Positions 20,424 to 30,700 of a stretch of 36,639 bases of DNA are shown one piece after another. The stretch's first letter is position 1. Each line of letters opens with the position of its first letter. Made by a program: the position numbers and the translations under genes. This DNA is from Stramenopiles sp. TOSAG23-3 (taxonomy: Eukaryota): contig LT642196.1 of the NCBI GenBank assembly GCA_900128585.1, positions 1-36,639 of the forward strand, read 5' to 3'. Under the pieces are notes generated by a model that saw only the letters and a list, made by a program, of their open reading frames with translations, was not told the origin of the DNA and made no database searches.

Positions 20424-21251
20424 ATGTCTAATATTGGCTCTTCTACGACGTATGTTAAAGAGCGGGGTGAAACTACAGAGTGGAATGATGTGCTGGTGAA
20501 GAAAGGCATTATATATGAGGCGGCTGATATCATCGAATACAGAGAGGAGAAAGCGTTAGAAGCTGCTTTGGCGGAAGAGGCCATGTTTTCGATAGTGGAC
20601 CCGCTTGAGGATAAAAAACTTGGGGAGTTGGACCGCCTTGCCAACGAAGATGACAAATATGCGGACGACGTTGACGCACTGCGCGAGTATCGAACGCAGC
20701 GGTTGCTGGAGTTAGAAGAGCGTAGCAAATTGAAAACTTATGCCAGTGATGTACGACAAATCCAAAAGAGCGATTTTGTAAGAGAAGTAACAGAAGCTAG
20801 CAAATCGTCGTGGATAGTGCTACACTTGTACAAAGATTCCCACACGGCGTGTGTGTTGATGAGTCGGGCTTTGTCGCAGCTATCCCCGAAGTTTCCTCGC
20901 GTGCGATTTCTTAAAATTGTTTCGACAGAGTGTGTGGAAAACTTCCCTGATTCTGAGTTGCCTTGCCTGATTATATACCACGACGGCGAGTTGCAGCACC
21001 AGACAGCAGGACTAGGACAATTCGGTGGGCTTCAAATAACCGCCGAATCGCTAGAGTGGTCGCTCAGTAATATGGGCGTCTTGCAAACAGAAATGACAGG
21101 TAACCCATTAACGGAGCTAGACAGTCCAGGTCGGCGTATGAAGTTGCAACGCAACTTTGTGGCAAAGCGAAGCCACAATGTTAAGAGGTCTGGGCACGTG
21201 AAATGTTTAAGAAAACAATTTGATGAAAGCAGTGATTCTGATGATTACTAA
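20424..21251 (+). CDS. PDCL3: Phosducin-like protein 3 (Plp2 type, CCT co-chaperone)
   Basis: TTEWNDVLVKKGII, EYRTQRLLEL, thioredoxin-like WIVLHLY...FLKIVSTECVENFPD..LPCL, acidic C-terminus. Confidence 0.9.
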   Translation: MSNIGSSTTYVKERGETTEWNDVLVKKGIIYEAADIIEYREEKALEAALAEEAMFSIVDPLEDKKLGELDRLANEDDKYADDVDALREYRTQRLLELEERSKLKTYASDVRQIQKSDFVREVTEASKSSWIVLHLYKDSHTACVLMSRALSQLSPKFPRVRFLKIVSTECVENFPDSELPCLIIYHDGELQHQTAGLGQFGGLQITAESLEWSLSNMGVLQTEMTGNPLTELDSPGRRMKLQRNFVAKRSHNVKRSGHVKCLRKQFDESSDSDDY

Positions 21252-21334
21252 AGCGGCAGAACAAAGTATATATGGCTGAGCTTATAACGAACATTTTTTA
21301 ATGTACTCTTATCATACGAATATGATATTTAATT

Positions 21335-21376
21335 TTTAAAAACAAAATAATGGCTGTTATTTAGAGTAATTAAAAT
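21335..21376 (-). repeat. Dispersed intergenic element, copy A
   Basis: Reverse complement reads ATTTTAATTACTCTAAATAACAGCCATTATTTTGTTTTTAAA. Confidence 0.75.
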
Positions 21377-21480
21377 AAGAAAAAAGTAGGTGTCAGTTCA
21401 AGAACAATATCTCCTCCTATTGCAGATCCTCCCCAAGTTCTGGTCAAGATTCCAATTTATTGGTCTTACTCGAATGTTTA

Positions 21481-21553
21481 AGTAGATTTCAGTTCGCAGT
21501 ACATTAATTTTAATTATGATACTTAAATAACAGCCAATTTTCTTGAGTTTAAA
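21481..21553 (+). repeat. Dispersed intergenic element, copy B
   Basis: TTCGCAGTACATTAATTTTAATTATGATACTTAAATAACAGCCAATTTTCTTGAGTTTAAA. Confidence 0.85.
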
Positions 21554-21599
21554 AAAAAATGTTTAATTTTTAAATTAACCTGAATGGTTCAACATCGAA

Positions 21600-21685
21600 T
21601 TAAAAACAAACAACTGGCTGTTATTTAAAGTACTTCGTAATTAAAATTTATCTTCCTCATGTACCGCAAAAATGAATCTGCTCCT
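21600..21685 (-). repeat. Dispersed intergenic element, copy C (inverted partner of B)
   Basis: Reverse complement reads AGGAGCAGATTCATTTTTGCGGTACATG...AAATTTTAATTACGAAGTACTTTAAATAACAGCCAGTTGTTTGTTTTTAA. Confidence 0.85.
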
Positions 21686-21928
21686 TTTGTCCATTAAATG
21701 TTTACGTTCCTTCATGTACGACGAACTTATCTCTACTCTTGTGGATTTACTATCATAGATAATCAATATACCCTGGTCACTTAGTCTTGATTATCATGCT
21801 CAGATGTACTCGATGCTTAGTCCGAATCGGAAATTAAGACCTTGAGTCGGTTTAACGTCAAATTGAAACATTTACTTATAATTTATAGATAAACTGTAAT
21901 TGGTTTTTAAATTTAAAAAAAAAGCTTT

Positions 21929-24900
21929 TCAGATATCGTCATCGTCGCTGCTCATACCATTTGCTGCTTCCATGACTTGAATCTTTAGGTCTGATATCTG
22001 CTTTGCAAAGCCCTTTGCATTTTCGACAAGCTGGGCTTCTAGTGCCGACAGCGCTGCGTCTTTATGTAAATGTGTCTGGGCAGACCCTTCGTGTTCTAGG
22101 GCAGCTCGCATTCCTCCCCTGGCACGTAATTGTCGCAACTGGGTCTCTAACTCGTGAACTCTCTCTATAGCAACGTTCCCATCCGAACCACCAGCAAAAA
22201 GTTTCTTTTCTAACTCATTATTCCTTTCGGTCAAACGGGTAATTTCTTGTTTCAAGCGAAAGGTGGTCGCAGACGAGTCTCCCTTACGACCACGAAGTTT
22301 TGATTCAATAAGCTCTTCTAACTTAGCAACCACCTTTTCTTGGGTGCGGATCGTCGCCTTGTACACTTCTATCTTTTGATTTTCTTGTTGAAGTTTCTGA
22401 ATATATTGCGCTTGTGCCTGATGCGCTTTCTCTAGTTGTTCGTAATGGGCTTTTGAATGCCGAACTGAAGAGGCCTGCGAGTAAAGCTTCTTCAATTTCA
22501 CAAGCATTTGATTGTTTCTCTCCCGTTCCGCTTTGTATTTGGCAGAAAGTGAAACCAACTGCCTGCCTAATTCTTGGGGCGTAGCTGATGACACGCTATT
22601 GACAGATTTTGCAAGGTCTTCGACTTCTTTGCTTTCTTGCAACTGCAACTCTTTCAACTGGCGTTGTGCTTCGTTGCGCTCGTCTTCCAGTTGTTTGTTT
22701 CGGCGCCGAAGTTGCACAATTTCTACGCCACAAGTGCGGATTGCTTCAGAACGCTTGTCGACCTCTTTCAGCAACCGGTCTATCAGATTCTGCTTGTGCG
22801 TAATGTCTTCGGTGATGACCGCGAGTCGTTTATGAAGCTGCGCTACTTCCCTCTGGGACGCAGCCACTTCTTGGGGTTGCGATGGTGACTGTGCCGTGGG
22901 GAGGGGCGAACTAACGGTCGGTACCATATTTGAATGGGAGGTAAGACTCTGCTCCAATTTAGCCAGCTCCATTTCTTCTTGGGATCGTTTTTGGGCGGCG
23001 CTCATGCCTGGAGAGACTTTCGGCGGAGATGGTATATTCAAACTAGTGCTAATGGAATTGGCAGGCGACATGGTGTTGGGGTCTGCGACATTTTTTGACT
23101 CAGCAGCAGCACTGCTGCTTTTCTCTGCCTCTTGAACGGCTTCCTGGGCAACTACTTTGGCAAACCCCGTAATGTCTATTGACTTCGAGAGGTTCAGCAG
23201 ACTCGTTGGGTGATGGAGACTTGCAGCGACTTCGGTCCAGTTTACTGCAGACGACGCCGGTTTTGAGTCTGCCAAAGGATCACCTTCTCGCATGTGCCTC
23301 AGAAAAGTCTCCCCGGACCAAAACCTAGTGATAATGCGCAAAGGAGGACCATTTCGGGGATTTTTGTGATTGGAGCCTCCCGGCGCCATAAGCATGATTT
23401 TGTCCTTAATAAACGCTTGCGGACTGCCATCGGAGGGGTGGGTATTCTTGTCAAATTCCAGACAAGAGAATCCGCAAAACTTACACGGTACTGCATCCCC
23501 CATGAATTCTGCACGTGCTCCTCCAAACACCTCTATAGAATTCTGGCGAAAATAGCGAATGATCAATGCAGCAGGAAGGCCTTTATCGGGATAAGAATCA
23601 GCTCCTGGATTGCCTTTCAAGCCAATGTTGAACAGCATGGAAAAATCAAAACGGGGGGCGGTTGCCTTTGGCCTAACAACAGGTGTACATTTGGTAAGGG
23701 AGTTCAAAATCTTGGTGTCCTTTTTATTGCTTTCTTTCAAAGGGTCTAAGTTGGGCCCATACTGCGCGGCGTTCAGCGGCAGCAGCCCAAAAGGAGGTAT
23801 GGGAACAGTGGCGTCTGTATCTCCATTGGCAAGCTTTGAGAGTTCTAATTTCGTTTTCGAGTAAGCCTCCGCAGTCAGCAGCTCCACAGATGCTAACATA
23901 CTGTCTATCTCAAAAGGCCACTTCCCATCAAAGCCCTTAATCATTACTTCTAGCCGAGAGCTATCGGGCCTGTACTTCAAGGTTGCTTTCTCCCCATTTG
24001 TACTGTCACGCCCATATATACTTACAAACAGAGACGACGTTAATTTCTTCCCAGCCACCCTGTACGTTCCGTAGTCAACGCGCAGATCATACTGGTGCCC
24101 CGCCATAACGTCTTCCAGTGGAATCGAGAAGCCTCCCAACGAGGCCCAAGCGGCCTTCGATGGGACTTGAGTTACATCAAGGCGCAAGACCGCACCTTCA
24201 GCGGCGAGCGAGTCCAAAGCAGAAACTGTCATCACCTCGCCGTAGGTGGGATTTGCAGTATTGGACACGACCCTAGTCTCGGCCAGGCGCTCCGGTATCT
24301 CCTGCTTCAGGTTTTCCATCATGTCACTCATATCTCCCTCCAGACCCGCAACACGACTTTGTTCAAACTTTTGAATATGGCTATTTTGTTCCTCGGTCAG
24401 TATTCGGGCCTCTACCATAGTACTGGCCTGCTCCCCTTGATCGGAATCATCAGCATACTCGTTTGATACATTCCGCGCCGAGTGAACGATAATATTAATA
24501 ATTCGTGCGTTTGACCCCACACTTCCCGCAGCCAGCGCGTCCCCAACGCCCACCAAACTCAACGCTACACTTATTTTGCCTACGGGAATTTTACGATCTG
24601 GTCCAGCGTTGCGAAAAAATGTCAAATCTTCTGGGACAGTTTCTCCGCGGTCAAGTCGAACAGCAGCTTCGCTCATTTTGTACTGGACGGACCCGAGCAG
24701 TCTCGCATTCCCCTTTCCACCAGTTTTCGATGGCAAAACTACGAAAGCACCTAGGGTTAAGACACTTTGAGTGTCGACTTGCAATGCCCCTCCCAACTCA
24801 ACGCGATGAACATTCTTTTTGAACTTTGGCTTTTCCGTCCCCGCACTGACCTCCGTCCGGAGTTTTGCCCCTTTATCAATTTGAACCGCAACGAAGTAGT

Positions 24901-24976
24901 TCGCAACTTTTGCAAATGTCGCAGAGGTGATCGTCACGTCCACCGCTTTGCCTTCAAGTTCCCCGGCAGTCGCCAT
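21929..24976 (-). CDS. C2-domain and coiled-coil protein, CCDC33-like
   Basis: 1015 aa. Two or three C2-like beta domains (VDVTITSA; IIVHSARN...TANPTYGE). The C-terminal coiled coil has TIRTQEKVVAKLE and LEAQLVENAKGFAKQISDLK, resembling CCDC33. Confidence 0.75.
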   Translation of the reverse strand: MATAGELEGKAVDVTITSATFAKVANYFVAVQIDKGAKLRTEVSAGTEKPKFKKNVHRVELGGALQVDTQSVLTLGAFVVLPSKTGGKGNARLLGSVQYKMSEAAVRLDRGETVPEDLTFFRNAGPDRKIPVGKISVALSLVGVGDALAAGSVGSNARIINIIVHSARNVSNEYADDSDQGEQASTMVEARILTEEQNSHIQKFEQSRVAGLEGDMSDMMENLKQEIPERLAETRVVSNTANPTYGEVMTVSALDSLAAEGAVLRLDVTQVPSKAAWASLGGFSIPLEDVMAGHQYDLRVDYGTYRVAGKKLTSSLFVSIYGRDSTNGEKATLKYRPDSSRLEVMIKGFDGKWPFEIDSMLASVELLTAEAYSKTKLELSKLANGDTDATVPIPPFGLLPLNAAQYGPNLDPLKESNKKDTKILNSLTKCTPVVRPKATAPRFDFSMLFNIGLKGNPGADSYPDKGLPAALIIRYFRQNSIEVFGGARAEFMGDAVPCKFCGFSCLEFDKNTHPSDGSPQAFIKDKIMLMAPGGSNHKNPRNGPPLRIITRFWSGETFLRHMREGDPLADSKPASSAVNWTEVAASLHHPTSLLNLSKSIDITGFAKVVAQEAVQEAEKSSSAAAESKNVADPNTMSPANSISTSLNIPSPPKVSPGMSAAQKRSQEEMELAKLEQSLTSHSNMVPTVSSPLPTAQSPSQPQEVAASQREVAQLHKRLAVITEDITHKQNLIDRLLKEVDKRSEAIRTCGVEIVQLRRRNKQLEDERNEAQRQLKELQLQESKEVEDLAKSVNSVSSATPQELGRQLVSLSAKYKAERERNNQMLVKLKKLYSQASSVRHSKAHYEQLEKAHQAQAQYIQKLQQENQKIEVYKATIRTQEKVVAKLEELIESKLRGRKGDSSATTFRLKQEITRLTERNNELEKKLFAGGSDGNVAIERVHELETQLRQLRARGGMRAALEHEGSAQTHLHKDAALSALEAQLVENAKGFAKQISDLKIQVMEAANGMSSDDDDI

Positions 24977-25789
24977 ATTTTACTTTCAGCACTAGGCACC
25001 GTGCGTGCAAAAACGATCCTTCGTAAAAACAGTGCAGTATCGAACGATATATGTTTTCCTGTCGGAAATGAATTTGGAAGCCGTAAAAAATGGTCGGGAA
25101 TGACTTTGAATTATAAAATTCAATATGGTGAATTGTCCTTTGGGAACTCCCCCTGATCATTCATACATACATGATGCAACTAACGAACTTCTTCTTTGTT
25201 GAAACAAATAATAATAATAATATATAAAAAATAATAATAATAAAATAAAAAAAAAAGTAGTAGGTAATACCACGGCGGTAATACCGGTGGTAGAATACCA
25301 TTTATTATTTTATTATTTTTTTGTCTACTATCTCACCAACCAACAATAAGAACACAGGAAGGACGATGTGATTCTCTAATAATTATAAGAAGAGGATGAT
25401 TTTTTTCTATTTTTAGTACAAAAAATAATACGTACGTACCTTGATGATGACTTATGGCTTCAAATAGAAACTACTTTTATATTTCTAAATACTTATTATC
25501 GAAATAGGACGATTTGAAACGGACGGAGATAACGACTTCAGACTTCAGGAGACTTCTTCATTCTTTTCAGACGACTGAGCTTAGTCAACTATTTCGTACT
25601 TAAGTATAATATTAATATATATTATTCTTCCTATTATAAAAGAGTCTGCTCCTTCCTCCTCCATCGCCTCCTCCGTCGTACCGCGCTCCGCTCCTCGCCG
25701 TTATTTTTTCTCTTTTTGTTAGTGCTGTGTTTGTGTATGTTTTGGGCAGAGTATTTCCTTCGTTCATTTTTTTGTTGTTCTTCTTTCTT

Positions 25790-25885
25790 CTTTTTCTGTC
25801 TTCTTCTATCTCTCCTCTCTCCTCCTTTTTTTCTTCTTCTTCTTCTTCTCTTCATCTTCTTTTTTTTCTTCTTCTTCTTCTTTCT
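25790..25885. repeat. C/T-rich low-complexity tract, (TCT)n-based
   Basis: Direct reading. It generates the spurious poly-Arg/Lys and poly-Phe/Leu ORFs in the track. Confidence 0.85.
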
Positions 25886-26058
25886 GTTGTTGAATTTTTA
25901 TTACCTGTGATAAACTAAACAATCAACTATCGAAATCAATTTTTGGTTTAAAGAAAGTTCTGTGCCAATGAATAAATTGCTCGAGATTAATTTAGCAGTT
26001 GCAACAGAATCGCCCCCATTCGACCGCCGCAGTCACCGTTTGATACATCAGCTACCAA

Positions 26059-27300
26059 ATGCCCTTTCAGCTGAGTTCCGTCGAGAAATGTCTCGGGGAT
26101 AATGATGAAAATTGGCAGCCGCGATTGAAAGCACTCGTGGCGCTCGAGGAGCATATTCGTAGTCACACGGGAACTTCGCTTGATTTAGAGTTTTATCGAA
26201 CGCTTAGAATACCACTCCAAAAGCAATTGTTAGACCTTCGCTCTTCCATTGTTCGTGAAACCTGCAAAACATTAAGTACAATAGCAAAGCACGGTGGAAC
26301 TAACTCGGAAACTCTGCTAGGATATTGCTTACCAAACGTAATTGAGGTAAGCGCTGGTGCCAACAAAGTTATGTCTACGTACGCTTCAACATGTTTATGG
26401 TCCGTAATCGAACACTGCCGCGGTCGAAGTGTTCTGAAGCACCTAGTTGATTCAGTCTGCCACAGTAAAAACAAGCACATCCGTGAAAACTGCTTGGCGT
26501 GTTTTAAAATAATTTTGACAACATGGAAAAATTTACAACCTGGCGATGGTGAGGCTATGCTGACTGCCCTCCATTCTGGCCTGGGTGATGCTTCTGCAAA
26601 AGCCAGAAAACATGCAAGAGAAGCCTATTGGCCTTTTTGTAAGACATATACTCGACAGGGCGAGACTTTATTAGCCGACATGGATCCACGAACGCAATCA
26701 ACGCTTTTGGCCCTGCGACCGAAGATTTCCAACGATTCATCGCCGGGCAAAGCCGTCGTTGCCTGGTCTCCCCCAGCAACGGGAGACGGAAAGAGCAACG
26801 CGATAAACTTAGAAAGAGAAAAGTCACCAAAGCATGCGGTCAAACAATCGTTACATAAACTAGACAGCAGGACAAAAATAAGCGGTGATTCGGTCGATGC
26901 TAACACCATTGAACTGAGCAGTGCGTCTATTGTGTTAGAGGAGTTCGATTCTGCTAGTGTCTTGGATGATAGTCAACAGGAATATAGTGGCATATCACAA
27001 GTGCAACCTGAAAATCAATCTTCTGCCTCACAAAACAATAATGAAACAGGAGGAAGTATCGGAGCAATACCAAACATGGGCGCGATACTTCTGGAGAAGC
27101 ATAGAGTGCACGTTGATGCCGTGCTGGAAGTTTTACGAAAAGAAATGATGCTTCTAAGTGATTTTGAAACGTTAAGTAGCTGTCGGCCATCTGATATTGC
27201 TCTATATGCCAGCAATATTGCCGACTCAATGCAAAAGCGAGAACAGCTTTTGGCGGATCTTTACGTTGAGCTAGGTGCAACATGCGCTGCATTGAAGTAA
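26059..27300 (+). CDS. CLASP-N (TOG) domain protein with C-terminal helical domain
   Basis: DENWQPRLKAL, LLDLRSSIVRETC, LGDASAKARKHAREAY are CLASP_N HEAT motifs. A Ser-rich linker follows, then HRVHVDAVLEVLRKEMMLL. Confidence 0.85.
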   Translation: MPFQLSSVEKCLGDNDENWQPRLKALVALEEHIRSHTGTSLDLEFYRTLRIPLQKQLLDLRSSIVRETCKTLSTIAKHGGTNSETLLGYCLPNVIEVSAGANKVMSTYASTCLWSVIEHCRGRSVLKHLVDSVCHSKNKHIRENCLACFKIILTTWKNLQPGDGEAMLTALHSGLGDASAKARKHAREAYWPFCKTYTRQGETLLADMDPRTQSTLLALRPKISNDSSPGKAVVAWSPPATGDGKSNAINLEREKSPKHAVKQSLHKLDSRTKISGDSVDANTIELSSASIVLEEFDSASVLDDSQQEYSGISQVQPENQSSASQNNNETGGSIGAIPNMGAILLEKHRVHVDAVLEVLRKEMMLLSDFETLSSCRPSDIALYASNIADSMQKREQLLADLYVELGATCAALK

Positions 27301-27629
27301 AAAACGAGATTGTGTCTTTGAAGGTTACTGTTTTCGTAATAAGTAAAAATATGCCATGATATTGTTTTAGCGTAAATTTGAACTTCCGGTGTCTCACTCA
27401 TAGATGAATCAGTACTTGAGTGTGTTTTTCCAATGCAGCGGCGTGAATGTTTTAGAGGTGCTCGTTTTCTGTCTTGTGAAACCACTCAACTTATAACTTC
27501 AAACTTAAAAGAAGTCAATCTTTAAGTAAAATAAAATTTCTAAAACTCTTATAAAAAAACAAATTATATATAGTATGTTTTAAGACTCTCATTTTAAAAC
27601 AATTACTACCTTCAAATCCAACCCTTAAT

Positions 27630-27665
27630 ATACTTAAATAACAGCCAATTTTCTTGTTTTTAAAC
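27630..27665 (+). repeat. Dispersed intergenic element, copy D
   Basis: ATACTTAAATAACAGCCAATTTTCTTGTTTTTAAA. The stretch ATACTTAAATAACAGCCAATTTTCTTG is identical to copy B. Confidence 0.85.
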
Positions 27666-27701
27666 TCTTCAAAAGTGAAAATTCATCAAACCCCTGGGGC
27701 T

Positions 27702-30700
27702 TCATGCTTCATCCTCGCTGCTGCTAGAAACGTCGTACAAATTCTTTGGCGAAGCCAGGGTTTGGTCCGTTTCAGGTTCTTCCATAGCAGCGTAGGCAGA
27801 GATCTGGTATTTGTCAGCGGCAGCAAGTGCAATATCGTCTGAGTAATCCCGTTCGCTGTAAACATTTTCATAGCCCCCAGACTCTTTGTCTACCGAAACA
27901 AAACGGTCACCCGTAGCATCGTCTGGCGCATGTAGAGAAACTTTCTCGTTTCTTAACTCATCTATGACAGCATATTTCCCATGTTTATGCATTCGATAAG
28001 ACGATGGGGCACTCTCTTGGCACACTTCCCATGTTCGTTTAAGCTGACCTTTTCTATGTTTTACCCCGCGCGAACTGCCATTACTCATCCACGTCTTTAC
28101 CTTCCAATGCTTTTCATTAGACTGAGTATCGTCGTTATGTTGGGGGAAGTTCGATGCTTTCACTGAGCGCCAACCTAACAGTCTCTCCGATTTTGATAGT
28201 CTCGGTACGGCTGGAGACACATATGCAACACCATCAACGGTTTGCCTCCTCACCGACGGGTCCCAGGCAGCCTCAGTGCGTTTCTCTTTTACAAAATTTT
28301 TGTCAAGCCGATCACAATAATAGTCAGAGAACGGCGGCAATCCTTCGCTTCGTGGGCGAAGCAATTTTACTTTCGTTTTGCCACAACGGATAGATTCGAA
28401 CGACTTTTGCAGCAAATGGTGGACCCCGTCAACAAGAGGCCACACTATTGCTCGCAGCACCAAATACAGGCAGACCAAGACGAAGAACACAAAATGAAAC
28501 ACCGTCGCACTATTTATTCTGTTTGATAGTTTATCGGAACCTTCTATCATAGAAATCTGGTCCATTTGGGTGAATCTGGTTGCTTCGGCATCATTGGTCG
28601 AAGATGCGAAGATGGTTGGGCTACTGTATACCCATGTTGCAAACGCCGACCGGAGACAAACTAAGTAAGGTATTACACCAACCATAGCACGAGGCATTGT
28701 TGCATCGACAGGGGGTGGGTGGCATGATAAACGAGCTAAATCTATTTTGTCTATGACGGATCCAAGTACAAGCCCACACGCTCCGATTACAAGCAATATA
28801 GGCATCCCAGGGGAAAATACAACTGGGACAGCGAAAAGTAACAATTGAGACGAAAGGCGCTCGTCGAGCGCAAACATTTTCCCCGCTATGGCATCATTCA
28901 TTTCCTGCTGACTCGTGAATTTTTCTGCGTTGTGCTTCGCTTGATGCGTATTGTAAGGCTTCAAAAAAAAGTAATGGATAACAAAGTGCAAATGCGATGT
29001 CAGAGATGACAAGAGAATGGTCGTTTGTATGAAAATTCCAACCACAGCGTACCAACCGCTGGTCAAATCGTCATATTCCCCATTAAAGAGAAAGGGCGTT
29101 GCGGACGATTCGCTGCCAGGTAAACGAAAGTAAATCAAAATAATTATGACGGACGTGTTCATAAATTGTCCTATCAGTGATAGCATGACGACTTGCGCTT
29201 CCTCCTTACTCACATGCGTATGGCGTTCTCGTTTCACTAAGTATTTAATAGCGAAAGTAATTCCAATATTTATCCCTGCAACAAGCACTGAACCGAAAAA
29301 CTTCAAAAAACCGGACCGTGCTATGTCCGTAAGAAAAGGCCCGCAAAGATCACCATCAGTTTCTAGAAACCTGGAACCTCCTGCAATACCGTTTCCTTCA
29401 AGGGATTTGTCAAGCCCGTTAATGCAATAGCAGCCCGCAATCGTTTTTGCAGGATAATCTTCGCCATTTTGATCCACACAAGTATCAGTTGAGGATGCGC
29501 TAACGCAAGGACAAAACTTCGTCGTTGACGGTTTCTCCCTAATGCAGGAGTGAAACGCCGCGGAGCAGGCGTCTATCTCCGTGTAAAATGCATCGAGCCC
29601 TTTGACTTTCATGAAATAAGATGACTGCGAAACAGATTTTCGGCAATTTACATCCTTGCCTTTATTTCGATTTAACTCAAGGGCAGGCAAGGATATGTTG
29701 TCACCAACAAGCGCATATGTCAATCGGTTCGACTGGCAAACAGAAAAACTGGGAATTTCTTTATCAATCGAACGCTTAACAGAGTGCACGATCCAAATTG
29801 CCAAGAAACTAAAGAGAAGTATTAAAAACACGGTAACTCGGCCAAAACATCGCCTTTTCCAGTTTTTCCCCGCAAACGACAAGTATTCAAATTGAACATC
29901 ACCCGGCTCTGGCGCTGTTCGCACACTTAAGTTGTGGCGATCTCGAAAACGCAACTGCGGCAAAGCAATGTGACATTTTGTGCAACACGCGCAAAATCTC
30001 TGGTTACGCTGTAACGCATAATCTTCCATACATCTCAAATAACTTTCTTCGTGGTTAAAAATTACGAACGCTGACACCACGTCATCCTTTTCTTCCATTG
30101 ATTTGAAACTCATCTCTTCCTCAAATTCGCATTTCAACAACATCTTTTCCGCCTTTTTGACCTTTTTAATGTTTGGGCCTTTCGAATACACTGTGCCTTC
30201 TGAAAATTTCTTAATTGTGGCCCGTTGTTGTCGCACGCGCTTTTGCAAGGTTGACAAATGCAAGTAATGCAAAAGCGCCCCCCCATTGTTCTTAACCAGC
30301 GTTACTTCTGCGACCCATTTCCCTACATACTTAGAGTCTCCATCGACATGCTCAACATCCATGACAGGTTTGACAATGCCTTCCTGATCGACTGATTTGG
30401 TTTCTTTTCCTTTTTTAGAAATCGCAGGTCGGCCCCTAATGTCCACTTTATCCAAGCAATAGAGGGACGAGAAATGCTCCAGCACTTCATCTTCGGTCGT
30501 GTCAGGAGGGAGCCCTTTATATATTTCTACAGAGAAATCGGAAGTTGTGGTGGTTTGAAGGTCTACCAGATCATTTGTTTTATCGACATAATCCCGCAGT
30601 CGAAAATATGCCGCGAAGAATACCACAGAAACTACAAAATCTAAGCCGGAAACCATGTAAGTTGCTCTCCATCGCTCTATTTTTGAACTTCCAAAATTCG

